Of a stretch of DNA of 64,000 nt, positions 1 through 8,757 are shown one piece after another. Source of the stretch: Candidatus Omnitrophota bacterium (GTDB lineage Bacteria; Omnitrophota; Gorgyraeia; Zapsychrales; Fredricksoniimonadaceae); contig PEAF01000001.1 of assembly GCA_002753465.1 (NCBI GenBank), forward strand, positions 5,455 through 69,454. Reading direction: 5' to 3'. A model generated the notes under the pieces. That model ran no database searches, was not told the DNA's origin, and saw nothing but the letters and a program-made list of their open reading frames with translations. Within the stretch, counting starts at the first letter, position 1. Each line of letters starts with the position of its first letter. The position numbers and the translations under genes are program-made.

Positions 1-137
1 CAGTATTGGTCATTGACGTCTGGGAGCATGCCTATTATTTGAAATACCAGAACCGCCGGGTTGAGTATATTGAGGCTTTCTATAATATTATAAATTGGGA
101 AAAGGTTAATGAACTTTATACACTGGCCAAGCAATAA
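1..137 (+). CDS. Fe/Mn-family superoxide dismutase, C-terminal fragment (5' end lies upstream of the window)
   Basis: From nt 3 the frame reads [44 protein letters not shown], with stop TAA at 135-137. D-x-W-E-H-A-Y-Y is the C-terminal metal-ligand signature of Fe/Mn SODs. Confidence 0.85.
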   Translation, partial: VLVIDVWEHAYYLKYQNRRVEYIEAFYNIINWEKVNELYTLAKQ

Positions 138-217
138 ATTGAAATTATTCTTTCTTTTATGCTCAGCCTAAGTATAATTATTAAAAATTTTCAAAATCAT
201 TAACCCCTAGGTTAAAT

Positions 218-2107
218 ATGATGCTTTCTTTAATTGTGTTCCTTATCGCTTTCCCATTGATCATTGCCTTGATCCTAGGAGCGGTCCGTAAATCATCAAT
301 ATATCCTGTCGTTATTTATCCTGCTTCAGTGATCTTGATGATCGCTTCATTAGGATTGATATGGCATGGGGCAAAAGCCAAAGCCTCTCTTTTTCCGGCA
401 CATACGAATTGGGTCGAGCCAACTATTCTTATTATTGAAATACTGATCGCTGTTTATCTTTTGCTTTTGGCCTTTAAGCGCAAGGATATGGTTGTTACGG
501 GGTTTGTCCTTGTTCAAACAGCTTTACTTTTAGCATTCCATTACGGGCCTGGCAAAGAGATGCATGTCGCTGCAAACCTGTTCATGGATCAGTTTTCAGT
601 TTTAATGGGCCTGATCGTTGGCGTTATCGGTGGTTTGATCGCTGTATACGCTGTGGGTTATATGCAAGACTTTCATCACCATCACCATGAAGTTAAAGAT
701 AATCGCCCACAGTTTTTTTCGTTAATTTTTGTTTTCCTTTCTGCCATGTTCGGCTTTTGTTTCTCCAATAATTTATTTTGGATGTTTTTGTTTTGGGAGA
801 TCACCACGGTCTGCTCATTCCTGTTGATCCGCTATAAGCAGGATGAACAGTCTATTGCCAATGCCTTCTGGGCCCTACGCTGGAATCTGCTGGGTGGGTT
901 GGCGTTTTTGGTCGGGATCATTTTCCTTTATTTAAATACGCATGTGGCTGAGATGGACAAGATGCTCTTATTGCCCAAGATGCTGATTCTTTTGCCGGTA
1001 TCACTTTTATGTTTTGCCGGTATGACCAAATCAGCGCAGCTGCCTTTCTCCTCATGGCTGGTGGGGGCGATGGTGGCCCCTACGCCTGTTTCAGCTCTTT
1101 TGCATTCGAGCACCATGGTCAAGGCCGGTGTTTATCTTGTTTTACGTTTCGCGTCGGTACTGGAGGGGACGACCGTAGGCCTTTTGGTAGCTATGGTCGG
1201 AGGCGTCACCTTTCTCGTCGCGTCTTTTATTTGTATCAGTCAGAATGATGCCAAGAAAGTGCTGGCATATTCAACGATCGCCAATTTGGGTCTTGTGATC
1301 CTTTGCGCCGGTATTGGATCACCCGAGGCTGTTTGGGCCGGCATGTTGCTTATCGTGTTCCATGCGATCTCCAAAGGTTTGCTTTTCCTGTGTGTCGGAT
1401 CAGTCGAAAATCAGACCGGAAGCCGGCAGATCGAAGATATGTCCGGACTTGTGGTGCGTATGCCTAAGGTAGCCGTTATGATCATGATCGGCATTGCCGG
1501 CATGTTCCTGGCACCGTTCGGCATGCTTATCAGCAAATGGGTTGTGCTGCGCGCTGTTATTTTAGTGAACCCGCTGATATCTTTCTTATTGATCTTCGGC
1601 AGTGCCGCTACACTTTTCTTCTGGGTGAAGTGGCTGGGCAAGGTGATCATGGTCGAACGGGAGTACAAAACCAATGAATCAACCGTTGTAAAAGCTCAAT
1701 GGCTTGTTTTAGGCAGCCTTGCCGCCATGACGATCCTTATATGCGCTTTCTTTGCGCCTGTGGCTGGGTTTCTTGTAGAGCCGTATATTGCGAATATTTA
1801 TCATCAGGTTGTTTCACTCGGTAGCGGCAATATGATCATTGTTGCGATCATGTTGACCATGGTTTGCATGTTCCCGCTTACTTTCCTGGATTACGGTAAG
1901 GGCGTTAAAGTTGTTGATGCCTACCTTGGCGGGGCGAATACGGGCAATAAGAGCATGCAGTTTCTGGGGTCGCTCAGGGATGTTAAGGATATGGATATGA
2001 AGAATTACTATCTTCAGGATTATTTCAGCGAAGCGCGCCTGATGCGCCTGGGCGTTCTTGTGGGTATATTATTTGTTATTGCGGTTGTGCTGATAGGAGC
2101 GATCTAA
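218..2107 (+). CDS. echA: Ech-type (group 4) membrane-bound [NiFe] hydrogenase, antiporter-like subunit EchA (NuoL/HyfB-like)
   Basis: 629-aa polytopic membrane ORF with NuoL/MnhA-type motifs (WEITTVCSFLLI; SAQLPFSSWL..AMVAPTPVSALLHSSTMVKAGVY). It is the first gene of a six-gene cluster in echABCDEF order. Its stop overlaps the next start (TAATG at 2105-2109). Confidence 0.8.
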   Translation: MMLSLIVFLIAFPLIIALILGAVRKSSIYPVVIYPASVILMIASLGLIWHGAKAKASLFPAHTNWVEPTILIIEILIAVYLLLLAFKRKDMVVTGFVLVQTALLLAFHYGPGKEMHVAANLFMDQFSVLMGLIVGVIGGLIAVYAVGYMQDFHHHHHEVKDNRPQFFSLIFVFLSAMFGFCFSNNLFWMFLFWEITTVCSFLLIRYKQDEQSIANAFWALRWNLLGGLAFLVGIIFLYLNTHVAEMDKMLLLPKMLILLPVSLLCFAGMTKSAQLPFSSWLVGAMVAPTPVSALLHSSTMVKAGVYLVLRFASVLEGTTVGLLVAMVGGVTFLVASFICISQNDAKKVLAYSTIANLGLVILCAGIGSPEAVWAGMLLIVFHAISKGLLFLCVGSVENQTGSRQIEDMSGLVVRMPKVAVMIMIGIAGMFLAPFGMLISKWVVLRAVILVNPLISFLLIFGSAATLFFWVKWLGKVIMVEREYKTNESTVVKAQWLVLGSLAAMTILICAFFAPVAGFLVEPYIANIYHQVVSLGSGNMIIVAIMLTMVCMFPLTFLDYGKGVKVVDAYLGGANTGNKSMQFLGSLRDVKDMDMKNYYLQDYFSEARLMRLGVLVGILFVIAVVLIGAI

Positions 2108-2961
2108 TGTCTTTATTTACAGCGATCCTTTATGTTGTCTTAGCGCCTTTAGTGGGCGGTTTGATCTCAGGCCTTGACCGTAAGATCTCGGCGCGCATGC
2201 AAGGGCGTATCGGACCTCCGATCCTTCAGCCGTTCTATGATGTGGGCAAGCTTTTCAAAAAAGAGAACCTGGTTGTCCGCCGTTCACAGAATATGTTCAT
2301 GACATTTTTTGTGATCCTTTCGGTTTTTACAGGGGCTTTGTTCTTTGCGGGTGGAGACCTTCTTCTGGTCATATTTGCCTTGACCCTCGCCGGTGTTTTC
2401 TTTGTCCTGGGTGGGTATAAGTCAAGTTCTCCGTACAGTTTTATCGGTGCGCAGCGTGAAACTCTGCAGATGATGTCGTATGAACCGGCGATCATCATTG
2501 TTGCTGTGGCGATGTTCATGGTAACGGGCAGTTTTCAGGTTAAGGATATTGTCAGTTATCCTCGTCCTTTGATCATGGATCTGCCGGGTGTTTTTATTGC
2601 ATTCCTGTTCATTCTTCCTATCAAATTCAGGAAATCCCCGTTTGACTTGGCTACCTCACACCACGCGCATCAGGAGATCGTCAAGGGTATCACGACCGAG
2701 TTTTCGGGAAGGACCTTGGCGCTGATCGAGATCGCACACTGGTATGAATACGTGTTCGTTCTTGGCGTAGGGTATCTCTTCTTTGCTAATAGCGTCTGGG
2801 TCGGGCTTTTGATGACGTTCCTTATTTTTGAGTTATTGCTTATTATAGATAATGCTACGGCACGCGTTCGCTGGCAGTGGATGTTGGTCGGTTCCTGGGG
2901 GATGGCATTCCTAGCGGGTGGGGTCAATATTATTTTCTTGATGATGAGAGGTTATCCATGA
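2107..2961 (+). CDS. echB: Ech hydrogenase membrane subunit EchB (NuoH/HycD-like)
   Basis: 284-aa membrane ORF. The N-terminus GGLISGLDRKISARMQGRIGPPILQPFYD matches the NuoH/HycD pattern. It is translationally coupled on both sides. Confidence 0.8.
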   Translation: MSLFTAILYVVLAPLVGGLISGLDRKISARMQGRIGPPILQPFYDVGKLFKKENLVVRRSQNMFMTFFVILSVFTGALFFAGGDLLLVIFALTLAGVFFVLGGYKSSSPYSFIGAQRETLQMMSYEPAIIIVAVAMFMVTGSFQVKDIVSYPRPLIMDLPGVFIAFLFILPIKFRKSPFDLATSHHAHQEIVKGITTEFSGRTLALIEIAHWYEYVFVLGVGYLFFANSVWVGLLMTFLIFELLLIIDNATARVRWQWMLVGSWGMAFLAGGVNIIFLMMRGYP

Positions 2962-3395
2962 GTTCAATATCTAAATCACCATGGGTCATACATTATGACG
3001 GATCCAGCTGCAATGGATGTGATATTGAGGTTCTGGCTGCGTTGATGCCGCGTTTTGATGTCGAGCGTTTTGGCGTCATTAATACAGGTAACCCCAAACA
3101 TGCCGATATCCTGCTATTGACAGGATCGATCAATGAACAGAATAAGCCTGTTGTTCAGAACATTTATAATCAGATGCCTGAACCCAAGGTTGTTTTAGCC
3201 CTTGGAATCTGTGCTACATCGGGCGGTATTTTCCGTGAGTGCTATAACGTTATGGGTGGCGCTGATAAGGCGGTCCCGGTTGACCTTTATGTTCCCGGAT
3301 GCGCCATAAGGCCTGAGGCGATCATTGACGCTGTTGTACAGGCGCTGGGTATCCTTGAAAAAAAGCGCGCGGCCATGAACGCCGCGGCAGTTTGA
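2958..3395 (+). CDS. echC: Ech hydrogenase small subunit EchC (NuoB-like, [4Fe-4S])
   Basis: ATG at 2958 overlaps the echB stop (ATGA). The protein starts MSSISKSPWVIHYDGSSCNGCDIEVL and carries GICATSGG and VPGCAIRP, the NuoB/hydrogenase small-subunit Cys ligands. The longer 2877 start in the ORF track lies inside echB. Confidence 0.85.
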   Translation: MSSISKSPWVIHYDGSSCNGCDIEVLAALMPRFDVERFGVINTGNPKHADILLLTGSINEQNKPVVQNIYNQMPEPKVVLALGICATSGGIFRECYNVMGGADKAVPVDLYVPGCAIRPEAIIDAVVQALGILEKKRAAMNAAAV

Positions 3396-3411
3396 TCAGA
3401 AAAGAGAGTTT

Positions 3412-3777
3412 ATGACAGAGCAAACCATCATTGATATCACGATCCCGGAGCTTTTGGGCAAGGTCCGTGAATGCCAGGAAAAGGGGATGCGCCTGGTGCA
3501 GATCTGCTGCACGCGCTTGCCTGAAGTCCTTGAAATTCATTATTCATTTGACCTGGAGTATGCGTTCACCAGTTATCGTTTAACGCTTCAGAATACGGAT
3601 ACGCCGGTTCCCAGTGTCAGCGGGATCTACTTACCGGCATTCCTTTATGAGAACGAGATCCATGACCTTTTTGGCATTAAGGTTGAAGGCATGGCCATTG
3701 ATTTTAAGGGCAAGTTCTACCAGAAGACAATGAAGACCCCTTTCAATCCAGCACAGCCGTCGGGGGAGGCTAAATAA
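3412..3777 (+). CDS. echD: Ech hydrogenase subunit EchD (NuoC/30-kDa-like small subunit)
   Basis: 121-aa soluble ORF between the small and large subunits. The ...ENEIHDLFGI... segment resembles the NuoC/HycE N-terminal fold. Position and size fit EchD. Confidence 0.65.
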   Translation: MTEQTIIDITIPELLGKVRECQEKGMRLVQICCTRLPEVLEIHYSFDLEYAFTSYRLTLQNTDTPVPSVSGIYLPAFLYENEIHDLFGIKVEGMAIDFKGKFYQKTMKTPFNPAQPSGEAK

Positions 3778-4856
3778 TGAGCAACCGTACTATTATCCCA
3801 TTTGGACCGCAGCATCCGGTTTTACCTGAACCTATTCATTTGGACCTCGTGGTTGAGGATGAAAAAGTCGTTGAAGCCATTCCGTCGATCGGGTTCATTC
3901 ACCGCGGTCTTGAAAAGCTTGTCGAGAAAAAGGATTTCATCGATTTTGTTTATGTCGCCGAGCGTATTTGCGGCATTTGCAGCTATATTCACGGCATGAC
4001 CTATTGCATGTCTGTCGAGCAATTGTTAAAGCTTGAGATCCCTGATCGCGCCCAGTATTTGAGGACGATCTGGTCAGAGCTCTCACGTATCCATAGCCAT
4101 TTGCTGTGGCTTGGGCTTACCGCAGATAGTTTTGGATTTGAAAGCTTGTTCATGCAGTCATGGCGCATACGTGAGTCGATCTTGGATATTATCGAAGAAA
4201 CAACGGGTGGACGTGTTATTTTCGGAGCTGCCAAGGTTGGAGGCGTTCGCCGTGATGTTTCATCGGTCAAACTTGATGAGATCATGAAGAAGCTGCGTGT
4301 ATATCAGAAAGAGATCAATACGATCGGATCAGTCTTTTTAAATGATACGACTGTTAAGCACCGCATGCAGGGTGTTGGCGTGCTGTCCCAGGCAGATGCT
4401 AAGAGCCTTGGCGCTGTCGGTCCTATGTTACGCGGTAGCGGCGTTTCACAGGACATGCGTATGACGGGGTATGCTTCCTATGGCAAGATCGGGTTTACGC
4501 CTGTCGTCGAAACGGCGGGTGATTGCTATGCCCGTACAAAGGTGCGCATCCTTGAGATCGCCCAGTCAGTGGATATTATCCAGAAATGCATTGAGCAGAT
4601 CAAAGAAGGTCCTATTGAAGTAAAAGTAATCGGGATGCCGGATGGTGAATATTTTGCCCGTACGGAGCAGCCCCGCGGCGAGGTTATCTATTACGCCAAG
4701 GGTAATGGCACGAAGTTCTTGCAGAGAATGCGTGTGCGTACACCTACGTTTGCTAACCTGGCGCCTCTTTTAGCGACGTTGCGCGGTTGTCAGTTGGCGG
4801 ATGTGCCCGTGATCGTCCTTACTATTGATCCTTGTATCAGCTGTGCGGAGAGATAA
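3777..4856 (+). CDS. echE: Ech hydrogenase large catalytic subunit EchE (NuoD-like, NiFe site)
   Basis: Carries the N-terminal NiFe ligand motif RICGICSYIHG (RxCGxCxxxH) and the C-terminal DPCISCAER (DPCxxCxxR). 359 aa, typical of group 4 large subunits. Confidence 0.9.
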   Translation: MSNRTIIPFGPQHPVLPEPIHLDLVVEDEKVVEAIPSIGFIHRGLEKLVEKKDFIDFVYVAERICGICSYIHGMTYCMSVEQLLKLEIPDRAQYLRTIWSELSRIHSHLLWLGLTADSFGFESLFMQSWRIRESILDIIEETTGGRVIFGAAKVGGVRRDVSSVKLDEIMKKLRVYQKEINTIGSVFLNDTTVKHRMQGVGVLSQADAKSLGAVGPMLRGSGVSQDMRMTGYASYGKIGFTPVVETAGDCYARTKVRILEIAQSVDIIQKCIEQIKEGPIEVKVIGMPDGEYFARTEQPRGEVIYYAKGNGTKFLQRMRVRTPTFANLAPLLATLRGCQLADVPVIVLTIDPCISCAER

Positions 4857-4857
4857 A

Positions 4858-5193
4858 ATGAGCATCCTTGAAATGGGAAAAGTAGTCCTAAAGAATCTTT
4901 TTAATAAACCGGTGACGGAGCGTTATCCTTTTGTTAAGAAAGAATACCCGTCAGGTGCACGTGGCAAGGTTAATATTGATCCTGCAAAATGTATCTATTG
5001 CGGCATTTGCCAGCGTAAATGTCCGACGGCAGCGATCGTTACGACCAAAGAGCCTAAAGTCTGGACCATTGACCGCATGCGTTGTATTTCGTGCAATGCC
5101 TGCGTTGAAGTTTGTCCCAAGAAGTGCTTGGTGCTGGATGTTATGTATTCGCCTTGTTCGGCCAAGCAGGGGACGGATTCTTTTCGTCCTTAA
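4858..5193 (+). CDS. echF: Ech hydrogenase 2x[4Fe-4S] ferredoxin-like subunit EchF (NuoI-like)
   Basis: Two CxxCxxCxxxCP motifs (CIYCGICQRKCP and CISCNACVEVCP). The ATG at 4858 lies directly after the echE stop. The 4825 start in the track overlaps echE. Confidence 0.85.
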   Translation: MSILEMGKVVLKNLFNKPVTERYPFVKKEYPSGARGKVNIDPAKCIYCGICQRKCPTAAIVTTKEPKVWTIDRMRCISCNACVEVCPKKCLVLDVMYSPCSAKQGTDSFRP

Positions 5194-5210
5194 GGATCCT
5201 CAAGTTCAAT

Positions 5211-5242
5211 AAAAAAGCCCCGTCAAGTAACGGGGCTTTTTT
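5211..5242. terminator. Bidirectional rho-independent terminator between echF (+) and ilvN (-)
   Basis: AAAAAA-GCCCCG-tcaagtaa-CGGGGC-TTTTTT. A 6-bp GC stem is flanked by an A-tract and a T-tract, so it can terminate both convergent transcripts. Confidence 0.8.
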
Positions 5243-5262
5243 ATTTTAAGATTACGGTGTAA

Positions 5263-5760
5263 TTAAGTTGTTTCTTTACCCTTGGTCATCAGGATCTTAC
5301 CTGAGCGTACCATTTCAACCAGGCCGTATTTGCTCATGATCGTTTCAAAGGCATTCAGCTCATCTGTTGTGCCTATCTGGGCAATGATCGTAAAGCCATC
5401 GGTCTCGTCAATGATCTTGGCATTGTTCTCCTTGATATATTTGCTCACAACGGCTTTAGCGCTGGAGGTGATCTTCACCTTGAGCAGGGAAAGCTCACGA
5501 TCGACGGAAAGAAGGGTGTTGTGTTCACTGGCATGAATGACATCAATGAGCTTGTTGAGCTGTTTGATGATCGGTTCCAGGATGACAGGATCACCTTTCG
5601 CCGTAACGGTCATACGTGAGAACTTAGGGTTATGTGTGGCAGAAACCACCAGCGAGTCGATGTTAAAAGCACGGCGCGCAAAGGTAAGCGCCACGCGCAC
5701 GAGAACACCGGGTTTATTGGCCACGAGGATGCTGATCGTATGGGTGTCATTTGTTTTCAT
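5263..5760 (-). CDS. ilvN: Acetolactate synthase small (regulatory) subunit
   Basis: MKTNDTHTISILVANKPGVLVRVALTFARRAFNIDSLVV... is the ACT-domain N-terminus typical of IlvN/IlvH. The start was taken at the internal ATG (5760) rather than the 5835 ORF start. Confidence 0.9.
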   Translation of the reverse strand: MKTNDTHTISILVANKPGVLVRVALTFARRAFNIDSLVVSATHNPKFSRMTVTAKGDPVILEPIIKQLNKLIDVIHASEHNTLLSVDRELSLLKVKITSSAKAVVSKYIKENNAKIIDETDGFTIIAQIGTTDELNAFETIMSKYGLVEMVRSGKILMTKGKETT

Positions 5761-5778
5761 AGTGTGCCCTTTTTTCAG

Positions 5779-5877
5779 ATGTTGAACGTGTCCTGCCGCC
5801 TTCGCACCCTGTAATTTTGATGGGTCCCTTCCCATAAAAATTACAGGGGACCCGCTCCGGCGTCACCCGTTCAACAT
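5779..5877. repeat. Structured palindromic intergenic repeat, copy X (homologous to 16844-16938)
   Basis: Outer 10-bp stem ATGTTGAACG/CGTTCAACAT. Inner stem CCCTGTAATTTT/AAAATTACAGGG plus ATGGG/CCCAT closes a TCCCTT loop. The flanks AACGTGTCCTGCCGCCTTCGCACCC and GGGGACCCGCTCCGGCGTCACCCGTT align with copy Y. Confidence 0.7.
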
Positions 5878-5889
5878 TCTTATTTAACG

Positions 5890-7620
5890 TTATGTTGAAC
5901 CTGTTGGTTTTTCCATTTTTGTTTTTGGCGCTTCCATGATGATATGGTAAGCGGATTTTCCGGCCGGGATCATGGGGAAGACATTGCCTTCCTTGATGAC
6001 TTCGGCGTGAATAAGGGCAGGGCCTTTGTGAGCCATCGCCTCAGCCAGCACTTTGCGGCTGTCTTTAACGTTATCAATGTGAAAGCCCTTGATGCCATAG
6101 GCCTCGGCCAGCTTCACAAAGTCAGGATTGCCGACAAGGTCGACACCAGATAAGCGGTTATCGAAGAACAAGGCCTGCCATTGGCGGACCATTCCTAAGT
6201 ACTTGTTATCCACAACAAGGACCTTCACAGGCTGCTTGTTGACAGCGGCTGTCGCCAGCTCACAGAGGGTCATCTGAAAGCCACCGTCGCCAACGATAGC
6301 CACGACCAGTTCGCCGGGGCGTCCGAATTGAGCGCCGATAGCCGCCGGATACCCGTATCCCATGGTCCCAGCGCCGCCGGAAGACAGCCAGTTATGGCAG
6401 TGGTCGACCTTGTAGAACTGCGAAGCCCACATTTGGTGTTGACCGACGTCAGTCGTCACGATGGCTTTGCCTTTAGTGACATGGTAAAGATCATCGATCA
6501 CGCGCTGGGCGGTAAGGCCTTCAGCATCGGAATAGTGCAAAGGGTATTCCTGTTTAACGAAATCAAGTTCCTGCAACCACTCGGCTGTATCAAGTTTATT
6601 CACATGCTTGATCAGTTCTTCAATGACAAGGCGGGCATCACCGACGATCGACAGGTCAGGCCGGACGATCTTATTGATCTCAGCCGGGTCGATATCGATA
6701 TGCACTTTTTTGGCGCCGATGCAGAATTCGTCATTGTTGCCATTAATGCGGTCATCCCAGCGGGAGCCGATGGAAACGATCAGGTCGCATCCGACCAACG
6801 CTTTATTCGCGTAGACGGTCCCGTGCATGCCCAGCATCCCTAATGATAGAGGATGGGTTTCTGGAAAAGCGCCTTTACCTAAAAGCGTCACAGTCACGGG
6901 GCACTGCATTTTTTCGGCCAGTATTTTTACAGCTTTATCAGCATTGGCAATGACAGCACCGTGTCCAACCAAAAGCAGCGGTTTCTTGGAAGCTTTGAAC
7001 AATTTAGCCAACTTGATGATATCGGCCTTATTGCCTTTGCCCGGGATAGTGTAGCCGGGAAGGTCCATTTCCTGGTTCAAAGAACCTGTAAAAGCACCCG
7101 AGGTAATATCCTTAGGAAGGTCAACTAAAACAGGGCCAGGACGTCCGGTTGAAGCAATGTGGAACGCTTCTTTAACGATGCGTGGGATGGAATTGATATC
7201 CTTGACCAGGTAATTGTGTTTGACCACGGGCATGGTGATGCCGGTGATGTCTGATTCCTGGAACGCGTCTTTACCGAGCATGGGTGATATGGTCTGCCCC
7301 GCGAAAACAACGATGGGAATAGAATCCATCATGGCGGTCATGATGCCGGTGACCGTGTTGGTGGCACCAGGACCTGAGGTCACAAGGGCGACACCAACCT
7401 TGCCCGTAGCGCGGGCATAACCGTCAGCCATATGCGTGGCACCCTGTTCATGGCGCACGAGGATGGTTTTGATCTTGGATTCATAAAGTGCGTCGAACAT
7501 CGGGATGGCTGATCCGCCGGGGAGGCCAAATATGTGCTGCACGCCGTGCGCTTCGAGGCATTTGATAAGGGCCTGGGCACCGGTCATAGGTTTTTGCGGT
7601 GATGCAATTTTCTTAGCCAT
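5890..7620 (-). CDS. ilvB: Acetolactate synthase large (catalytic) subunit, ThDP/FAD-dependent
   Basis: 576 aa. [34 protein letters not shown]... and [14 protein letters not shown]...GDGGFQM (ThDP-binding motif) are as in biosynthetic AHAS. Confidence 0.95.
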   Translation of the reverse strand: MAKKIASPQKPMTGAQALIKCLEAHGVQHIFGLPGGSAIPMFDALYESKIKTILVRHEQGATHMADGYARATGKVGVALVTSGPGATNTVTGIMTAMMDSIPIVVFAGQTISPMLGKDAFQESDITGITMPVVKHNYLVKDINSIPRIVKEAFHIASTGRPGPVLVDLPKDITSGAFTGSLNQEMDLPGYTIPGKGNKADIIKLAKLFKASKKPLLLVGHGAVIANADKAVKILAEKMQCPVTVTLLGKGAFPETHPLSLGMLGMHGTVYANKALVGCDLIVSIGSRWDDRINGNNDEFCIGAKKVHIDIDPAEINKIVRPDLSIVGDARLVIEELIKHVNKLDTAEWLQELDFVKQEYPLHYSDAEGLTAQRVIDDLYHVTKGKAIVTTDVGQHQMWASQFYKVDHCHNWLSSGGAGTMGYGYPAAIGAQFGRPGELVVAIVGDGGFQMTLCELATAAVNKQPVKVLVVDNKYLGMVRQWQALFFDNRLSGVDLVGNPDFVKLAEAYGIKGFHIDNVKDSRKVLAEAMAHKGPALIHAEVIKEGNVFPMIPAGKSAYHIIMEAPKTKMEKPTGST

Positions 7621-7639
7621 AGTATTTTCCTTATTAATG

Positions 7640-7669
7640 AAAAAGGCGCCGAGACTTCAGCGCCTTTTT
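7640..7669 (-). terminator. Rho-independent terminator-like hairpin after the ferredoxin gene, 19 nt upstream of the ilvB start
   Basis: On the minus strand: AAAAAGGCGC-tgaagtctcg-GCGCCTTTTT, then cattaatAAGGAAAatactATG (ilvB). Confidence 0.7.
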
Positions 7670-7688
7670 CTCAATTCTTTCCGCTGGT

Positions 7689-7964
7689 TTACTTTTTCAG
7701 CGGTTCCTTTTTCGTGTTGATCGGAGGAAGAGAAGGCGCTTTTGTCTTGTTCAGCGCTACATACGACTGCCATTTGGCAGGTACGTCGCCGTCAGGATAA
7801 ATGGCCTGTACCGGGCATTCGCCGACACAAGCGCCGCAATCAATGCATACATCCGGATCAATAACGAGCATATTTTTATCCTCGCGGAAAGCTTCCACAG
7901 GGCATACGACGCAGCAATTGGTTGTACGACAATTCACACAGGGTTCACAGACAACATGTGCCAT
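7689..7964 (-). CDS. Ferredoxin (2 x Fe-S cluster type, FdxA-like)
   Basis: MAHVVCEPCVNCRTTNCCVVCPVEAF...CIDCGACVGECPVQAI carries two ferredoxin Cys clusters. AGGAG lies 7 nt upstream of the ATG at 7964. An alternative start is at 7970. Confidence 0.85.
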   Translation of the reverse strand: MAHVVCEPCVNCRTTNCCVVCPVEAFREDKNMLVIDPDVCIDCGACVGECPVQAIYPDGDVPAKWQSYVALNKTKAPSLPPINTKKEPLKK

Positions 7965-8075
7965 ATTCATTCTCCTCGTATTTGGTTTCAACAGCTTCAG
8001 AAATATAACAGACGAAGCTCGTATTGTCAAAAAAAATCGATTTAATGATAGTGGTTAATATCTTATGCTAAATTA

Positions 8076-8107
8076 TTTGTAACTTTTTGCTTGTGAGTGT
8101 GTTTAAC
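8076..8107 (+). promoter_or_regulatory. Candidate ECF-sigma-dependent promoter upstream of the sigma gene (autoregulation)
   Basis: TTTGTAACTTTT-N13-GTTTAAC. Identical blocks at identical spacing recur at 9365-9396. The AAC -35 core and the spacing fit ECF-type promoters. Confidence 0.55.
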
Positions 8108-8180
8108 AGGTAGGTAAGATCAGACGTTAAGGATGCATTCCGGATAGGATTCTGGCTGTGCGCCCAACGATGAGGGGAAT

Positions 8181-8756
8181 ATGACGGCATATTTGGATGA
8201 CCTGCAACTGGTTCGCGCGTACCACGAAGGGGATAGTGAAGCCTTCAGGGAGCTTTTTAAGCGGTATAAACTGCCGGTTTTAAATTTTGCCTTAAGGTTT
8301 ATCGGTAACCGTGCTGATGCGGAAGATGTGACGAGCGAAGTTTTCTTGCAATTTTCAAATAAGAAATTTACCCCCACCGGTGAAGCCAAACTGTCCACAT
8401 GGCTTTTTACAGTTGCCCGCAATGCCAGCCTGACACGGTTACGCGCCCTCAAGAATCAAGTGTCATTCTGGATGCGCAAAGATAACGGTGAGGATGAACA
8501 ATGGGACGTGCAGGATCCCGGGCCGTCCGTAACGGATAGTATGAAAAGCCGTGAAATGCTCACCGCGATCCACAAGGCGATCGCTGCTTTACCGTCAGAA
8601 CAGCGTGAGGCGATCATTTTACGCGAATACCATGATAGAAGTTATGCAGAGATCGCAGAGATAACGGCATCTTCTTTAGAGAAGGTGAAAATATTGATCT
8701 TTCGCGCGCGGGAAACGTTGCGCGTCCAACTGGCCCGTTTCTTGAAGGAGGCCTGA
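8181..8756 (+). CDS. ECF-family RNA polymerase sigma-70 factor
   Basis: 191 aa. Region 2 (LVRAYHEGDSEAFRELFKRYKLPVLNFALRFIGNRADAEDVTSEVFLQ) and region 4 (LPSEQREAIILREYHDRSYAEIAEITASSLEKVKILIFRARETLR). Confidence 0.9.
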   Translation: MTAYLDDLQLVRAYHEGDSEAFRELFKRYKLPVLNFALRFIGNRADAEDVTSEVFLQFSNKKFTPTGEAKLSTWLFTVARNASLTRLRALKNQVSFWMRKDNGEDEQWDVQDPGPSVTDSMKSREMLTAIHKAIAALPSEQREAIILREYHDRSYAEIAEITASSLEKVKILIFRARETLRVQLARFLKEA

Positions 8757-8757
8757 T

